The translations under genes and the position numbers were made by a program. DNA of 62,164 nucleotides from Capsulimonadales bacterium (GTDB lineage: Bacteria; Armatimonadota; Armatimonadia; Armatimonadales; Armatimonadaceae), in the NCBI GenBank assembly GCA_033762295.1, contig JANRLW010000125.1:1-62164 (forward strand), written 5' to 3'. Positions 60,384-62,164 of this stretch are shown piece by piece; the first letter of the stretch is position 1, and each line of letters opens with the position of its first letter. The notes beneath the pieces are model-generated. The model was given only the letters and a program-made list of their open reading frames with translations, did no database searches and had not been told where the DNA came from.

Positions 60384-60956
60384 ATGTTCCCTCGCTCCGT
60401 CCTTCGCTCTCCCTGCCCTTCCTGTCCGCTCACGCCGATTCAGCGTACGCTTTTGCAGACCGCCATCGACCTGGGCACCCTGGCGACCGAAACGCTCGCG
60501 CGTCACCTGCACCGGTCGCCGCATACGATCCGGACCGATTTCAAAAGAATCGCCCGGCGCTTGAACACCACCGGTCGGGAGGAGGCGATCTTTCGCGGGC
60601 TGCGCGAACGGTGGCTTGAGCCGACGTTTCTGACCGGTCGGGAGCGCGAGCGACGTTCGGTCTCGAATATTGCCCTAAATGTGGGGCATAACGACCGGTC
60701 GGTTAGTCGCCATAATCGGAATATGCGTAGAGAGGATCAAGAGGATTTCGTCGACCTGGTAGCCCAGGCGGTGATCGACCGGATCGAGGAACGCGACCGG
60801 ATCGAAGGACTCGTCAACCTGGTAGTGGCTCGTGTGTTCGAGATGCAGCGACAGGCAAGCGCGATGCAAAACGACGGCGGGTCACCCGATGTACCGGCGG
60901 CGGTAGCCGCCCCCGATTCCGAAAGGGAGGAAGTTCAAAATGTCTCAGAAAAATGA
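60384..60956 (+). CDS. Stand-alone LuxR/GerE-type HTH protein; the frame stays open into the downstream small gene
   Basis: RBS AAAGGAG; CPLTPIQRTLLQ..LARHLHRSPHTIRTDFKRIARRLNTTGREEAIFRGLRERWL; no receiver or ligand domain; no stop before 60956. Confidence 0.75.
   Translation: MFPRSVLRSPCPSCPLTPIQRTLLQTAIDLGTLATETLARHLHRSPHTIRTDFKRIARRLNTTGREEAIFRGLRERWLEPTFLTGRERERRSVSNIALNVGHNDRSVSRHNRNMRREDQEDFVDLVAQAVIDRIEERDRIEGLVNLVVARVFEMQRQASAMQNDGGSPDVPAAVAAPDSEREEVQNVSEK
60671..60716 (+). promoter_or_regulatory. Internal promoter: palindromic box plus -10 for a leaderless transcript
   Basis: TGCCCTA-aatg-TGGGGCA (60671-88) centred about 43 bp upstream of ATG 60723; CATAAT at 60711-16, 6 nt before the ATG; no SD. 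Confidence 0.55.
60723..60956 (+). CDS. Small two-helix hypothetical protein (probably separately initiated)
   Basis: MRREDQEDFVDLVAQAVIDRIEERDRIEGLVNLVVARVFEMQRQ: two similar amphipathic helices plus an acidic tail. Confidence 0.6.
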   Translation: MRREDQEDFVDLVAQAVIDRIEERDRIEGLVNLVVARVFEMQRQASAMQNDGGSPDVPAAVAAPDSEREEVQNVSEK

Positions 60957-61557
60957 ACCGGAAACCGCTCCGGACGCGATGGAACCTGTGGCGGATGTTC
61001 TCGGCGAAACCGGGAGGGCGGAGGCCCGCGCCCGTTTCGAGGCGGAGCGTCTGAGTCGTCGTCAGGCGTTGCGCAAGTTCGGCTTCGGCGCGGGGATGGC
61101 CGCCCTGATGGCCCTGTCCGCCGACGACCTGGCCCGCCTGGCCGCCGCCCGACTCGAACGGGTCGCCCGGGACAACCAAACCGCCCGCCAGATCGCCGAG
61201 GAATTCAAAAACGCCGGGATCGCACAGGCCGCGATGTCACCGTGCGCGGGGTGCGAGGATTGTCCACCTTATCCGAAGGCATTTAGCTGTACGCCGTGTT
61301 CGAAGCGTTGCGATAAGAATGGCAATACCCAGTATCTCGTCCTAGCCTTCGATTGCGCTCGCTTCCAAAATTGGGAAGTTGCCGTGGACTGTTGCGAGCA
61401 ACAGAAAGCTTATTGTGTGGCGAATTGCGATGCGAAATGCGGAACGCCGAAACCCAACGATCCCAAGGATCCGGTACTGACCTGTCGGGAAAAGTGCAAA
61501 GGAGAACATTGCACCCCACGTTATTTGGCCTGCAAACAGAAGATCACATCCAATTAA
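60940..61557 (+). CDS. Tat-like precursor with a 16-Cys C-terminal domain
   Basis: RBS GGGAGG; SRRQALRK plus a hydrophobic stretch (aa 39-60); AQA site at aa 95-97; then 108 aa containing 16 Cys. Confidence 0.8.
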   Translation: MSQKNEPETAPDAMEPVADVLGETGRAEARARFEAERLSRRQALRKFGFGAGMAALMALSADDLARLAAARLERVARDNQTARQIAEEFKNAGIAQAAMSPCAGCEDCPPYPKAFSCTPCSKRCDKNGNTQYLVLAFDCARFQNWEVAVDCCEQQKAYCVANCDAKCGTPKPNDPKDPVLTCREKCKGEHCTPRYLACKQKITSN

Positions 61558-61591
61558 ACGTCGTAGACATTCCCTTGACGGAGAGAACTCA

Positions 61592-62089
61592 ATGAAAAAA
61601 GCAATCGTGGTTATCGCAACCTTCGCTCTGATGAGTGCCGGTTGCGTCCAAACGGCCTCCTCGCCGACCGCTACAACAGCGACGGCAGCGGCGGACCGAA
61701 GCCTTCAAATTAAGTCGTTCGGGGCGTCCCTCATCAACAGCATAACCGAAGAAGACAAGAAGGCGTACCTCAACTCCTACGAGTATAAAGCTATGATGAA
61801 CGGGGGGGGGCAAGGAGTTGATAAGGCGCTGCCGGCATACCGACGGGCTAGCGCGGCCCGCCATGAGGGGCGGTTTGCCGACGCCCTGAAGGAATACGAG
61901 TACATTGGCAAGGTGTCCCCTGCCGAAAAGTACGACGCGAAATTGATGCAGGCATGGATCCTCACGAGGATGCAACGACGCCAGGAAGCGATCACACTGT
62001 TGACCGAGATCGCCCAATCGTCCAGTTACCTCGCTTCCGCCGCCAAAGTCAGACTGGCAAGGTTGAAGAGCGGTAAAGAGTTTTTCTGA
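61592..62089 (+). CDS. Lipoprotein with TPR-like helical C-terminus
   Basis: MKKAIVVIATFALMSAG-C lipobox, Thr/Ala linker, A..EGRFADALKEY and AWILTRMQRRQEAITLLTEI helices. Confidence 0.8.
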   Translation: MKKAIVVIATFALMSAGCVQTASSPTATTATAAADRSLQIKSFGASLINSITEEDKKAYLNSYEYKAMMNGGGQGVDKALPAYRRASAARHEGRFADALKEYEYIGKVSPAEKYDAKLMQAWILTRMQRRQEAITLLTEIAQSSSYLASAAKVRLARLKSGKEFF

Positions 62090-62164
62090 GTCCGGTCGCG
62101 GGGTCCGATCAGGTCACCAAATGGTTACAAATGGTTCGGGGGATGCGGAGCTTGATGAGCCCCC

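Noticed and set aside
60940..61557. Multihaem cytochrome or classical RiPP precursor
   Set aside because: No CxxCH motif, no double-Gly leader, and no radical SAM, LanM or peptidase-transporter gene in the window.
62115..62140. CAAATGGTT x2 near the window end
   Set aside because: Too short and too close to the window edge to interpret.

Overview
GC-rich bacterial chromosomal window. The host is probably Armatimonadota: this is an inference from the prepilin-type H-X9-DG protein, the Uma2 genes, the planctomycete-type cytochrome/DUF1501 pairs and the Ig-fold lipoproteins. About 45 real CDSs are present; most other ORFs in the track are antisense or frame shadows. From left to right: (1) a lower-GC block (1-3220) with an exported DJ-1/PfpI protein, an AraC regulator and a beta-barrel protein, linked by a duplicated 66-bp element; (2) GH2 beta-mannosidase, PadR with a membrane partner, lnt and an M42 peptidase; (3) a lipoprotein/LptC-like/LptA-like/degenerate PTS Enzyme I operon; (4) a NiCo (czcD)-type riboswitch ahead of a P1B-4 ATPase; (5) Uma2, lepA, three cytochrome-c gene pairs with DUF1552 or DUF1501 partners, a PAS kinase, Rieske plus amidohydrolase, USP, a deoxyhypusine-synthase-like enzyme, GH130, a CAP protein and a class III aminotransferase; (6) a large surface protein with a degenerate metallopeptidase motif and a membrane-anchored macro domain; (7) a rhamnosidase with a rhamnose ABC transporter, and a GT-C glycosyltransferase. 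The best candidate for an undescribed system is at the right end (60145-62089). It comprises a candidate sRNA, a stand-alone LuxR-type HTH, a small leaderless helical protein, a Tat-like precursor whose 16-Cys C-terminal half switches abruptly to lower GC, and a TPR-like lipoprotein. No rRNA, tRNA, CRISPR array, transposase or integrase was recognised. All family calls come from reading motifs by eye, not from database searches.
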